From contig NZ_CP010048.1 of assembly GCF_000973505.1 (NCBI RefSeq), forward strand, positions 570,001 to 602,000: DNA of 32,000 bases. Reading direction: 5' to 3'. This document shows, one piece after another, positions 10,823 to 19,654 of this stretch. This stretch comes from Candidatus Saccharimonadota bacterium. GTDB taxonomy: Bacteria > Pseudomonadota > Gammaproteobacteria > Enterobacterales > Enterobacteriaceae. Made by a program: the position numbers and the translations under genes. The notes below the pieces were generated by a model. That model ran no database searches. It saw nothing but the letters and a program-made list of their open reading frames with translations, and was not told where the DNA came from. Every line of letters begins with the position of its first letter. Position 1 is the stretch's first letter.

Positions 10823-12040
10823 CTATTCAACATATTTACGCATTACTAATGTAGCATTAGTACCACCAAAACCAAAACTATTAGTCATTACCGTTACTAA
10901 TTTACAACTAGTAGGTACAGTAATTAACTTCATACCACGTACTCGAGGATCCAAATTATGAACATTAATACTTGGAGCAATAAATCCATGTTCTAACATT
11001 AATAATGTAAAAATAAATTCATGAACTCCAGAGGCTCCCAATGAATGTCCAGTCATAGACTTTGTAGAAGAAAATGCAGGATGATAATTACCAAAAATTT
11101 CACGAATAGCCCACAATTCTTTAATATCACCTATCTCAGTTGATGTTCCATGCACATTAAGATAATCCACTTGATGAGTGTCAACATTTTTCAAACCCAT
11201 TTGCATACAACGCACCGCTCCTTCTCCAGAAGGAGCAACCATATCTACACCATCAGATGTAGCACCATAACCAACAATTTCCGCATAAATATGAGCATCA
11301 CGCATTAAAGCATGACCCAGCTCTTCCAAAACAACAATACCACCACCACCAGCAATAACAAAACCATCCCTATTAATATCATAAGGACGCGAGGCTTTTT
11401 CTGGAATATGATTATATTTAGTAGATAAAGCCCCCATTGCATCAAACTCACATGCCATTTCCCAACACAACTCCTCACCGCCACCAGCAAAAACAAGATC
11501 TTGTTTGCCTAATTGAATTAATTCAACAGCATGACCAATACAATGAGCAGAAGTTGAACAAGCAGAACTAATAGAATAACTCACTCCCCGAATTTTAAAA
11601 GATGTAGCCAAACAAGCTGATATACCAGAAGCCATAGACTTAGTAACCATATATGGACCAACCCCCCGTAAACCTTTTATGCGCATACCATCTGATCCAG
11701 CCACTTGATTGCGAGGAGAACCACCGCCAGAACCAACAACTAAACCTGTTCTATCATGAGCAATCATCTTATAAGATAAACCAGAATCTAAAATCGCTTG
11801 CTCCATAGACAAATAGGCATACACAGATGCATCACTCATGAAACGCATGATTTTACGATCAATTAAACCTACAGTATTTAATTTAACGTTACCCCAAATA
11901 TGACTACGCATCCCCGATTTTTTTAACTCTTGAGAAAAAGTAATACCAGATCGACCTGTTTGTAAAGACTCCAACACCTCACTCTGATTATTCCCAATAC
12001 TTGAAATAATACCTAATCCAGTAACTACAGCACGTTTCAT
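10823..12040 (-). CDS. fabB: 3-oxoacyl-ACP synthase I (FabB)
   Basis: This 405-aa protein is near-collinear with E. coli FabB from MKRAV(V/I)TGLGI to [11 protein letters not shown]. The Cys-His-His active-site contexts [15 protein letters not shown] and GHSLGA are present. AGAGG lies 9 nt upstream of the ATG. Confidence 0.96.
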   Translation of the reverse strand: MKRAVVTGLGIISSIGNNQSEVLESLQTGRSGITFSQELKKSGMRSHIWGNVKLNTVGLIDRKIMRFMSDASVYAYLSMEQAILDSGLSYKMIAHDRTGLVVGSGGGSPRNQVAGSDGMRIKGLRGVGPYMVTKSMASGISACLATSFKIRGVSYSISSACSTSAHCIGHAVELIQLGKQDLVFAGGGEELCWEMACEFDAMGALSTKYNHIPEKASRPYDINRDGFVIAGGGGIVVLEELGHALMRDAHIYAEIVGYGATSDGVDMVAPSGEGAVRCMQMGLKNVDTHQVDYLNVHGTSTEIGDIKELWAIREIFGNYHPAFSSTKSMTGHSLGASGVHEFIFTLLMLEHGFIAPSINVHNLDPRVRGMKLITVPTSCKLVTVMTNSFGFGGTNATLVMRKYVE

Positions 12041-12061
12041 TTTCGAATACCTCTATAATTA

Positions 12062-12090
12062 ATAATATTCAATAATTTTATAAGTATCAA
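12062..12090 (-). promoter_or_regulatory. Candidate sigma70 promoter for fabB (TTGATA-17 nt-TATTAT on the minus strand)
   Basis: The minus strand reads TTGATA (12090..12085), a 17-nt spacer, then TATTAT (12067..12062). That would leave a leader of roughly 15 nt before the ATG. The -35 abuts a GC-enriched island (12091-12131). Hexamer matches are easy to find in AT-rich DNA. Confidence 0.3.
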
Positions 12091-12359
12091 ACGTGCACCT
12101 TACCCTATCCAGAGAAGAAGAACGAACAGTCTATCTAAAAAAATAAAAAAATATTAAAAAAAAACAATATTAGCTATAATTAATATGAATAAAAAATAAA
12201 TAAATTAGTAAAACAAAAAAAACAATTATTGCATTATTGTACATTAATAAAAACTATAAATATCATCTTATATAAAAACCACAAATTTTATTATTAAATT
12301 AACCAGTATAAAATAAAGTCTAACAAAAATACACAAAAATAAATAAAGATTGACAGTCT

Positions 12360-13277
12360 ATGAAAAAAAATATAATCAAAGAACTACGTACTATATTAGA
12401 TTTATTACGATGGACTGGTAGCCAATTTAATGCGTCACCAATCTGTTACGGCCACGGAACCAATAATTACTGGGATGAATCACGACACTTAGTGCTACCA
12501 AGTTTACATCTACCAATAGAATCACCACAAATAATTTATCATGCAAATTTAACATCATACGAAAAAAATCATATAATCAAACAAGTAATTAAACGTATAA
12601 ACATGCGTATTCCGGTACCATACTTGACTAATCTAGCCTGGTTTTGTGGTTTAGAATTCTACATTGACAAACGGGTTTTTATTCCCCGTTCACCACTTGC
12701 TGAACTAATTAAAACGCACTTCAAAAATCTACTACCTCAAACACCGAAACATATTCTTGATATGTGCACTGGCAGCGGATGTATTGCTATTGCCACCGCT
12801 ATTCATTTTCCAAACTCTGAAATAGATGCAATAGACATTTCAAGTGACGCATTAAAAATAGCAGAACATAACATTAAACTTCATAACCTTGAAAATAGAA
12901 TTGTTCCTATCAAATCTGATTTATTCCATGATGTCCCAAAACTAAAATATAATTTGATTTTAGCGAATCCACCATATGTTAATGAATTCGATATATATAA
13001 ACTACCAAAAGAATTTTTATTCGAACCAAAAATAGCACTATGCGCAGGAAATGATGAACTACAAATAATTAAAAAAATTTTGTATAATGCTGATCAGTAT
13101 CTTAGTCATGATGGTATTTTAATTTGCGAAGTGGGTAACACAGACACGCAATTAAAAAAAACATACCCTAACATTCCATTCCACTGGATTACCTGTCAAC
13201 ATGGAGGACACGGAATCTTCATGCTGACATATAAACAATTAATTACAAACAAAAACATTATACACACCCATGTATAA
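12360..13277 (+). CDS. prmB: Ribosomal protein uL3 glutamine N5-methyltransferase (PrmB/YfcB)
   Basis: This 305-aa protein is collinear with E. coli PrmB (LRWTGSQF, ICYGHGTNNYWDE, VPYLTNLAWFCGLEFY). It has the SAM site DMCTGSGCIAI and the NPPY motif. Confidence 0.9.
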   Translation: MKKNIIKELRTILDLLRWTGSQFNASPICYGHGTNNYWDESRHLVLPSLHLPIESPQIIYHANLTSYEKNHIIKQVIKRINMRIPVPYLTNLAWFCGLEFYIDKRVFIPRSPLAELIKTHFKNLLPQTPKHILDMCTGSGCIAIATAIHFPNSEIDAIDISSDALKIAEHNIKLHNLENRIVPIKSDLFHDVPKLKYNLILANPPYVNEFDIYKLPKEFLFEPKIALCAGNDELQIIKKILYNADQYLSHDGILICEVGNTDTQLKKTYPNIPFHWITCQHGGHGIFMLTYKQLITNKNIIHTHV

Positions 13278-13418
13278 TATAAAAATACCGACTAAAATTA
13301 ACATTTAAATAGAACACTGCTTATACAAAACTTAAATATATCTTACTAAATAAATTTTCAAACAGTTAAATTATAACATAAAATTACAAAAACAATAATA
13401 TTTAAATATATTTAATAA

Positions 13419-13427
13419 TGTTATAAT
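13419..13427 (+). promoter_or_regulatory. Candidate extended -10 promoter element (TGtTATAAT) upstream of aroC
   Basis: TG at 13419-13420 and TATAAT at 13422-13427 lie about 38 nt upstream of the aroC ATG. There is no good -35. The AT-rich context makes chance matches likely. Confidence 0.3.
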
Positions 13428-13464
13428 ATAATTAAATTATATAATCTATATCACAGGAAACACA

Positions 13465-14544
13465 ATGGCCGGAAATAGTATTGGAGAACTTTTTCGAGTA
13501 ACAACATTTGGAGAATCACACGGAACAGCATTAGGAGGCATTATTGACGGAGTCCCCCCAGGAATTCAGTTAAACGAAAAAGATATACAACACGATCTCA
13601 ATAGACGACGACCAGGAACATCTACTTACACAAGCAAACGTTCTGAACCAGATATAATAAAAATACTATCTGGAACATTTCATGGAATCACTACTGGAAC
13701 CAGTATAGGAATACTAATAGAAAACACTGATCAACGACCACAAGACTACAATCTTATTAAAAATATTTACCGACCTGGACATGCTGATTATACATACCAG
13801 AAAAAATACCAACAACGTGATTACAGAGGCGGGGGACGTTCATCAGCACGAGAAACCGCAATACGAGTAGCAGCGGGCGCAATAGCTAAAAAATATTTAT
13901 TTGAACAATGTAACATACACATTTATGGATTTTTATCTCAAATGGGTAATATTTATTGTAAACTAAAAGATCATAAGGAAATAGAAAAAAATCCTTTCTT
14001 CTGTCCTGATATCCAACAAATAGACGCATTAGACAAACTAATACGTGATTTAAAAAAAAATGGAAATTCCATTGGTGCAAAAATAACTGTAATAGCAAAT
14101 AATGTTCCTCCTGGATTAGGAGAACCAGTGTTTGACCGACTAGATGCTGACTTAGCTCATGCGCTTATGAGTATTAATTCTGTAAAAGGAGTAGAAATCG
14201 GAGCTGGATTCTCAGTTATTACTAAACATGGTAATGAAAATCGTGACGAAATCACACCTGAAGGATTTCAAAGTAATCATGCAGGAGGAATTTTAGGAGG
14301 AATCAGCAGTGGACAGCCAATTATTGCGCATGTAGCTTGTAAACCGACCTCAAGTATATCTATACCAGGTAAAACTATAACAGATAACAATGAATCAATA
14401 GAAATTGTTACTAAAGGCAGACATGATCCATGTGTGGGAATCCGAGCTGTCCCCATTGTAGAAGCAATGACCGCAATCATTCTTATGGACCACTTATTAA
14501 GACAACGCGCACAATGTGGAAATATTAACAATCAACATCAATAA
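13465..14544 (+). CDS. aroC: Chorismate synthase (AroC)
   Basis: This 359-aa protein starts [20 protein letters not shown], and RPGHADYTY and GRHDPCVG are conserved. AGGA lies 6 nt upstream of the ATG. Confidence 0.96.
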   Translation: MAGNSIGELFRVTTFGESHGTALGGIIDGVPPGIQLNEKDIQHDLNRRRPGTSTYTSKRSEPDIIKILSGTFHGITTGTSIGILIENTDQRPQDYNLIKNIYRPGHADYTYQKKYQQRDYRGGGRSSARETAIRVAAGAIAKKYLFEQCNIHIYGFLSQMGNIYCKLKDHKEIEKNPFFCPDIQQIDALDKLIRDLKKNGNSIGAKITVIANNVPPGLGEPVFDRLDADLAHALMSINSVKGVEIGAGFSVITKHGNENRDEITPEGFQSNHAGGILGGISSGQPIIAHVACKPTSSISIPGKTITDNNESIEIVTKGRHDPCVGIRAVPIVEAMTAIILMDHLLRQRAQCGNINNQHQ

Positions 14545-14579
14545 CAAACAAACAAAACAAACATTAAAAAATAAACATT

Positions 14580-14651
14580 GTCTTCGTAGTTAAATGGATA
14601 TAACAAGCTCCTCCTAAGGGCAAATTGCAGGTTCGATTCCTGTCGGAGACA
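14580..14651 (+). tRNA. argW: tRNA-Arg (anticodon CCU)
   Basis: I folded it by hand. The acceptor is GTCTTCG/CGGAGAC (one G-U), the D arm GTTA-AATGGATA-TAAC, the anticodon loop CT-CCT-AA, and the T arm GCAGG-TTCGATT-CCTGT. It is close to E. coli argW as I remember it. No CCA is encoded (followed by AAA). Confidence 0.88.
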
Positions 14652-14663
14652 AAATTAGTTATC

Positions 14664-15869
14664 TCAAATAATTATCTCTACAAGAAGATATAAATTTAAA
14701 CTTACCACTATAATAGTAATTATCCACCCTAATAATTTAACGAACAAAGAATTTACCATATCTTTCATTAATTGACCATTACCAGTAAATATCAATAACG
14801 GTACTAACGCCAAAGCTATACCAAAACTCAATAAAACTTGACTAACAATTAAAATATGAGTTGGATCAAATCCAAAAAAAATAACTACAAATGAAGGAAA
14901 CATCGTAATAATTCTACGAAAAGTTAATGGAATGTGAAAATGAACAAATCCTTGCATAACTACTTGACCAGCTAAAGTACCTACTACAGTAGAAGACAAA
15001 CCAGCGACTGTTAAACTTAATCCAAAAACTGTAGCAGCAGTATCATTCAATAATGGCGACAACGTCCGATAAGCTTCATCTAAATCAGCCACTCCAATAT
15101 AACCACTGAAATGAAAAACAGCAGCTGAAGTGGCCATCATAGAAAGATTCACAAAACCAGCAATAGTCATAGCAATAGCCACATCTAATTTAGTAGCAGC
15201 ATATCTCTCGGCACGACTAACATGTATACTTTCATATTGAGTAAGCGAAGAATGCAAATAAATCACATGAGGCATAATCGTTGCACCTAAAACTCCAGCA
15301 GCAAGAAATACAGCTTCATTATTAGGTAAATTCGGTAACAACATCCCACGTCCTAACACTAAAAACTCAGGTTGAGAATAAAATAATTCAATCACATAAG
15401 CAACAGCAACAAAAAGTAATAAACTCCCAATAACAAATTCTAAATATTTTTGTCCATAATTTTGCAACATTAAAATTAAAAACGTGGCTATACCAGTTAA
15501 ATATGCTCCTTGTAATAGAGAAACACCCAACAATATTTTAAAACCAATAGCAGCACCAATAAACTCAGCTAAATCTGTTGCCATAGCAATGATTTCAGAT
15601 TGAATCCAATACATCCACACTACTGATCGAGGAAAATGATCACGAATATGTTCTGCTAAATTTTTTCCAGTTGCAATTCCTAATTTAGCAGATAACAACT
15701 GAATAAGCATGGCCATGAAATTTGCCCACAATACAACCCATAATAACTGATAACCAAAACTAGCACCAGCTTGAATATTAGTGGCAAAATTGCCAGGATC
15801 TATATATCCAATTGCCGCTATGAAAGCAGGCCCGAGTAATGCAATTCTAGCTTTACTTATAATACACAA
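14664..15869 (-). CDS. mntH: NRAMP-family divalent metal (Mn2+/Fe2+):H+ symporter MntH
   Basis: This 401-aa protein is very close to E. coli MntH ([36 protein letters not shown]...). The start is TTG (15869..15867), with AAGGA 9 nt upstream and no in-frame ATG upstream. Confidence 0.94.
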   Translation of the reverse strand: MCIISKARIALLGPAFIAAIGYIDPGNFATNIQAGASFGYQLLWVVLWANFMAMLIQLLSAKLGIATGKNLAEHIRDHFPRSVVWMYWIQSEIIAMATDLAEFIGAAIGFKILLGVSLLQGAYLTGIATFLILMLQNYGQKYLEFVIGSLLLFVAVAYVIELFYSQPEFLVLGRGMLLPNLPNNEAVFLAAGVLGATIMPHVIYLHSSLTQYESIHVSRAERYAATKLDVAIAMTIAGFVNLSMMATSAAVFHFSGYIGVADLDEAYRTLSPLLNDTAATVFGLSLTVAGLSSTVVGTLAGQVVMQGFVHFHIPLTFRRIITMFPSFVVIFFGFDPTHILIVSQVLLSFGIALALVPLLIFTGNGQLMKDMVNSLFVKLLGWIITIIVVSLNLYLLVEIII

Positions 15870-16185
15870 TGATAGAATTCCTTGTTATTAACACAACAAA
15901 TCATTTCTAAACAACTAACAATTATTAATTTATCAAAAATGCTCCAAATTGTTGTACAATTTGCTTACTTAAATCTTAAATATCATTAGGAATTTTATTA
16001 AATAAAAAACAATTACAAAAAAATAACCTTAAATAATAAATTCTGAATTCACAATTTTACAAAAATGTATATTTCTAAAATTATTGTATAAAATCACTTA
16101 AAAAATATATATTTGTAGATTCTGATATATTTTTATTATAACATAAATAATTATAATTTTAATAATTATTCCAATACACAGAATC

Positions 16186-16201
16186 TATAAACTAGTTTAT
16201 A
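16186..16201. repeat. 16-bp perfect palindrome TATAAACTAGTTTATA, about 66 nt upstream of the nupC start
   Basis: I checked it base by base across 16186-16201. It overlaps a TATACT -10-like hexamer (16198-16203). The sequence fact is certain and the function is unknown. Confidence 0.5.
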
Positions 16202-16260
16202 CTATCATATTTATAAACGGGATAAATACCTACCTAATCCATCTATCTAACTATCAAGGA

Positions 16261-17457
16261 GTGATCGTGTCTCAAATTTTACACTTTATATTCGGATTAA
16301 TTACCATAATACTTCTTGCGCTTATAATTAGTAAAAACCCAAAAAAAATTCAAATACGTTTTATCATACAAATACTAACCATAGAAATAATATTTGCATA
16401 TTTATTCTTAGATACTCAAATAGGGTTAACAACTACATACAAAATTTCTAATTTTTTTAATACGTTATTAATTTTTGCCAAAGAAGGTATTGACTTTGTA
16501 TTCGGTAACATGAATAACGCAGAATTAGCATTCTTTTTTCTTAATGTATTGTGCCCAATTATTTTTATTTCCTCTCTAATTGGTATTTTAAAACATATGA
16601 AAATACTATCAATACTTATAACAAGTATTGGTTATCTTCTATCAAAAATTAATGGAATGGGAAAACTAGAATCATTCAACGCTGTTAGCTCATTAATTTT
16701 TGGCCAGACTGAAAATTTCATAGCATATAAAGATATCTTAACAAAAATACCAAAACAAAGAATGTACACTATGGCAACAACAGCAATGTCTACAGCCTCT
16801 ATGGCAATCCTTGGTGTATATATGAACATGTTAAATCCAAAATACGTCGTCATAGCAGTTATATTAAATATGTTTAGTGCATTCATTATACTATCTTTAT
16901 CAAACCCATATCAAATAACAAAAGAAAATGATTTATACATACTTTCATTTTATAACAATGAAAAAAACATTTTCGAAATCTTACAAGAATACATCTATAC
17001 CGGACTTAAAATTACAATAATAATTACCGCTATGCTAATTGGATTTATTGCGTTAATACACACAATTAACGCAATTTTTAATACACTATTTCATATAACA
17101 TTGCAGGATGTAATAGGTTATATATTTATCCCTTGTGCATGGATAATAGGAATTCCTGAACACGAATGTTTTCAAGTCGCTCGAATTATGGCTACTAAAT
17201 TAATTACAAACGAATTTATAGCAATCATTGAACTACAAAAAATATCAGAAACACTATCAACAAAATCAATAGGAATATTGTCTGTTTTTTTAGTTTCCTT
17301 TGCAAATTTTTCATCTATTGGAATAATCGTAGGTGCTATTAAAGGATTAAACGAAAAACAAGCAAAAGTAATATCTCATTACGGACTTAAACTACTCTAT
17401 AACGCGATACTAATTAATTTATTATCAGCAAATATTATAGGACTCGTTATAAAATAA
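16261..17457 (+). CDS. nupC: Concentrative nucleoside:H+ symporter NupC
   Basis: This 398-aa protein is collinear with E. coli NupC (GMGKLESFNAVSSLIFGQTENFIAYKD, MYTMATTAMSTASM, FLVSFANFSSIGII). AGGAG lies at 16257-16261. The second GTG (16267, 5-nt spacing, giving MSQILHF like E. coli MDRVLHF) is more likely the start than GTG 16261. Confidence 0.93.
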   Translation: MIVSQILHFIFGLITIILLALIISKNPKKIQIRFIIQILTIEIIFAYLFLDTQIGLTTTYKISNFFNTLLIFAKEGIDFVFGNMNNAELAFFFLNVLCPIIFISSLIGILKHMKILSILITSIGYLLSKINGMGKLESFNAVSSLIFGQTENFIAYKDILTKIPKQRMYTMATTAMSTASMAILGVYMNMLNPKYVVIAVILNMFSAFIILSLSNPYQITKENDLYILSFYNNEKNIFEILQEYIYTGLKITIIITAMLIGFIALIHTINAIFNTLFHITLQDVIGYIFIPCAWIIGIPEHECFQVARIMATKLITNEFIAIIELQKISETLSTKSIGILSVFLVSFANFSSIGIIVGAIKGLNEKQAKVISHYGLKLLYNAILINLLSANIIGLVIK

Positions 17458-17532
17458 AAATAACTACCATTGGTTGGCGTAAAAAATAGTATTTTTTAAA
17501 AAAATACCCAGAAAAATAACAAACATACGGTG

Positions 17533-17606
17533 TGGAGCTAAACGGAATCGAACCGTTAATCTCTTACATGCCATGCAAGTACTTTACCTAATTAAGCTAT
17601 AGCCCC
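17533..17606 (-). tRNA. alaW: tRNA-Ala (anticodon GGC)
   Basis: The minus strand reads GGGGCTA-TA-GCTT..AAGT-A-CTTGC-AT GGC AT-GTAAG-AGATT-AACGG-TTCGATT-CCGTT-TAGCTCC-A. The G3:U70 Ala identity pair is present. No CCA is encoded (followed by CAC). It lies downstream of gltX on the same strand. Confidence 0.9.
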
Positions 17607-17709
17607 ACTAATCAAATTTAATTCAAATGCACAACCTAAATACATTCAAAAAAACTATTTACACAATCATATTATATTATGTATATACTGAAATATAAAT
17701 TCTTAATTA

Positions 17710-19131
17710 TTAAACAAAAATATCATTATTATTACCAGCAATATAATTCAATGCCATATCTAAACGTCTTAATACACGTACTTGACCACAAATATACAAT
17801 ACAGTTACCAACTCTGGCGACTGAGTTACACCAGTTATTGCGACCCTTAAAGACATACCTATCTGTTTAATATCCACATGACATTCAGAAATTGCAGAAA
17901 ACAATGATGAATAAACAACATTATAAGTCCAAATATTTAAACTACCCAAACGTAATCGCAAAATCTGAAAAAAATTTTTTATCTCACCAGATAAATACTT
18001 TTTAGCTAGTTTATGATCATATTCATAAAAATCACAATAACAATAACCGCAATGATCTACAATATCTTTTAAAGTTTTGTATCTCTTACCAAAAAATTTA
18101 ATAATATCAACTAATTTTGGGCCAGTTGTATAGTCAATATCTCTTCTTTGCATATACCACGCTAAATGAGAAGCAACATAATCTACTGGAAGATGATTTA
18201 TATAATGACCATTTAACCACATCAATTTCTCAAAATTGAAAGTACTAGAAGCACTATTTACAGACTCCAAACTAAAAATATTTTGCATTTCAGATATAGT
18301 AAATAACTCTTGATCACCACAAGACCATCCTAAACGTACTAAAAAATTAAGAATTGCTTCAGGTAAAAAACCCATTTCACGATAATTCATAATACTAAAA
18401 TCATCACAACGCTTAGATAATTTTTTACCATGAAAACCAAGAATTATTGATAAATGCGCATATTTTGGAATAGAAGCATTCAACGCCTTTAAAATATTAA
18501 CTTGGCGAGGAGTATTACTAATGTGATCTTCACCACGTATAACATGAGTAATTTGCATATCCATATCATCAACAACGACACAAAAATTATACGTCGGAGC
18601 ACCATTAGAACGACAAATCACTAAATCATCTAATTCATTGTTATTAAATACAATAGATCCTCTAATTTCATCATCAAATATAACTACGCCACAATCAGGA
18701 TTTCGAAATCTTACCACAAAAGGAAGATCAGAAAAACTACGAAAATACTTATCACGACAATAACCATCATATTTAGGCTTTTTCCCAGCAGCTATTTGCT
18801 CCTTTCTTAGAATCTGTAACCTATCTTTTGAACAATAACACCGATAAGCAGTACCATTTTTCAACATACTTTTTATTACAGCATTATACCTATCTAAACG
18901 AGCAGTTTGAAAATACGGCCCTTCATCCCAATCTAACTTAAGCCACTTCAACTCATTTATAATCTTATCTACGTTCTCTTTTACAGAACGAAATGCATCA
19001 GAATCTTCTATACGTAACAAAAATTTTCCATAATATTTTCGAGCAAATAACCACGAATATAAAGCAGTACGCGCACTCCCTAAATGAAGACTACCACTTG
19101 GACTGGGTGCAAATCTAGTCCTAACTTCCAT
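17710..19131 (-). CDS. gltX: Glutamate--tRNA ligase (GltX)
   Basis: I trimmed track ORF 17710..19176 to ATG 19131 (MEVRTRFAPSPSGSLHLG, versus E. coli MKIKTRFAPSPTGYLHVG), giving 473 aa. The KLSKR (KMSKS-type) motif is present. GGTGG lies 5 nt upstream of this ATG. Confidence 0.94.
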   Translation of the reverse strand: MEVRTRFAPSPSGSLHLGSARTALYSWLFARKYYGKFLLRIEDSDAFRSVKENVDKIINELKWLKLDWDEGPYFQTARLDRYNAVIKSMLKNGTAYRCYCSKDRLQILRKEQIAAGKKPKYDGYCRDKYFRSFSDLPFVVRFRNPDCGVVIFDDEIRGSIVFNNNELDDLVICRSNGAPTYNFCVVVDDMDMQITHVIRGEDHISNTPRQVNILKALNASIPKYAHLSIILGFHGKKLSKRCDDFSIMNYREMGFLPEAILNFLVRLGWSCGDQELFTISEMQNIFSLESVNSASSTFNFEKLMWLNGHYINHLPVDYVASHLAWYMQRRDIDYTTGPKLVDIIKFFGKRYKTLKDIVDHCGYCYCDFYEYDHKLAKKYLSGEIKNFFQILRLRLGSLNIWTYNVVYSSLFSAISECHVDIKQIGMSLRVAITGVTQSPELVTVLYICGQVRVLRRLDMALNYIAGNNNDIFV

Positions 19132-19277
19132 ATATACCACCAAACAAAAACATAACATTTGATATAATAAAAACAAACAAACTAAATAAAAACAGACAAA
19201 CTATACATAAATATTATATAATATATTTGTGCTAAATACATAAAAATAAAAAAAATATCATATTTATCGAAAAAATA

Positions 19278-19305
19278 TTGACTCAGCTTAACGAATACAT
19301 ATAAT
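19278..19305 (+). promoter_or_regulatory. Near-consensus sigma70 promoter for the tRNA-Val/tRNA-Lys transcription unit
   Basis: The elements are TTGACT (19278-19283), a 16-nt spacer and TATAAT (19300-19305). An A/T-rich UP-like stretch lies upstream. tRNA-Val starts at 19325, so the leader would be short (roughly 13 nt). This is the best promoter match I found in the window. Confidence 0.6.
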
Positions 19306-19324
19306 TCGACACCAAAGGTGTTAA

Positions 19325-19397
19325 AGGTGATTAGCTCAGCTGGGAGAGCACCTCCCTTACAAGGAGGGGGTCGGCGGTTCAATTCCGCCATCACCTA
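19325..19397 (+). tRNA. valU: tRNA-Val (anticodon UAC)
   Basis: The sequence is AGGTGAT-TA-GCTCAGCTGGGAGAGC-A-CCTCC-CT TAC AA-GGAGG-GGGTC-GGCGG-TTCAATT-CCGCC-ATCACCT-A. It is nearly identical to E. coli valU except for an A1:U72 pair. No CCA is encoded. Confidence 0.93.
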
Positions 19398-19417
19398 TTT
19401 TTAATACTCAAATATAA

Positions 19418-19490
19418 GGGTCGTTAGCTCAGTAGGTAGAGCAGTTGACTTTTAATCAATTGGTCGCAGGTTCGAATCCTGCACGACCCA
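19418..19490 (+). tRNA. lysV: tRNA-Lys (anticodon UUU)
   Basis: The sequence is GGGTCGTTAGCTCAGTAGGTAGAGCAGTTGACTTTTAATCAATTGGTCGCAGGTTCGAATCCTGCACGACCCA. It is almost identical to E. coli tRNA-Lys as I remember it. No CCA is encoded (followed by TAA). Confidence 0.95.
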
Positions 19491-19654
19491 TAATATTAAA
19501 AAATAATAAAAGGTTTTTTTATTAACCACACCATACCATATATATAAAAATGCAATTTAAACCCCAGCAGTACAAAAAATACACATTTTTTTTGACAAAT
19601 AACAACAAACTTATAAAACAATCTACAAGTTAGACTAAAAAAACCATTCAATGA

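Noticed and set aside
13426-13442. A 17-bp A/T-only palindrome ATATAATTAAATTATAT upstream of aroC.
   Set aside because: Pure A/T palindromes of this size are expected frequently in spacers over 85% A+T, so it is not distinguishable from background.
19132-19176. N-terminal extensions offered by the ORF track for gltX (19132-19176), nuoE (1404-1439), ptsH (23617-23628) and ptsI (23949-23951).
   Set aside because: Alignment to the E. coli N-termini and the position of SD-like sequences favour the internal ATG starts. The nuoE extension starts at a TTG inside nuoC.
19182-19394. A 70-aa ORF on the minus strand (MMAELNRRPPPCKGGALPAELITFN...).
   Set aside because: Its 5' part is simply the reverse complement of tRNA-Val (19325-19397), and the rest is AT-rich spacer containing the tRNA promoter. 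It has no SD and no homology-like features.
19504-19524. The hairpin TAATAAAA-ggttt-TTTTATTA after tRNA-Lys, considered as a Rho-independent terminator.
   Set aside because: The stem is A-U only (8 bp), so it is thermodynamically weak, and there is no clean downstream U-tract distinct from the stem. I mention it only in the terminator finding.
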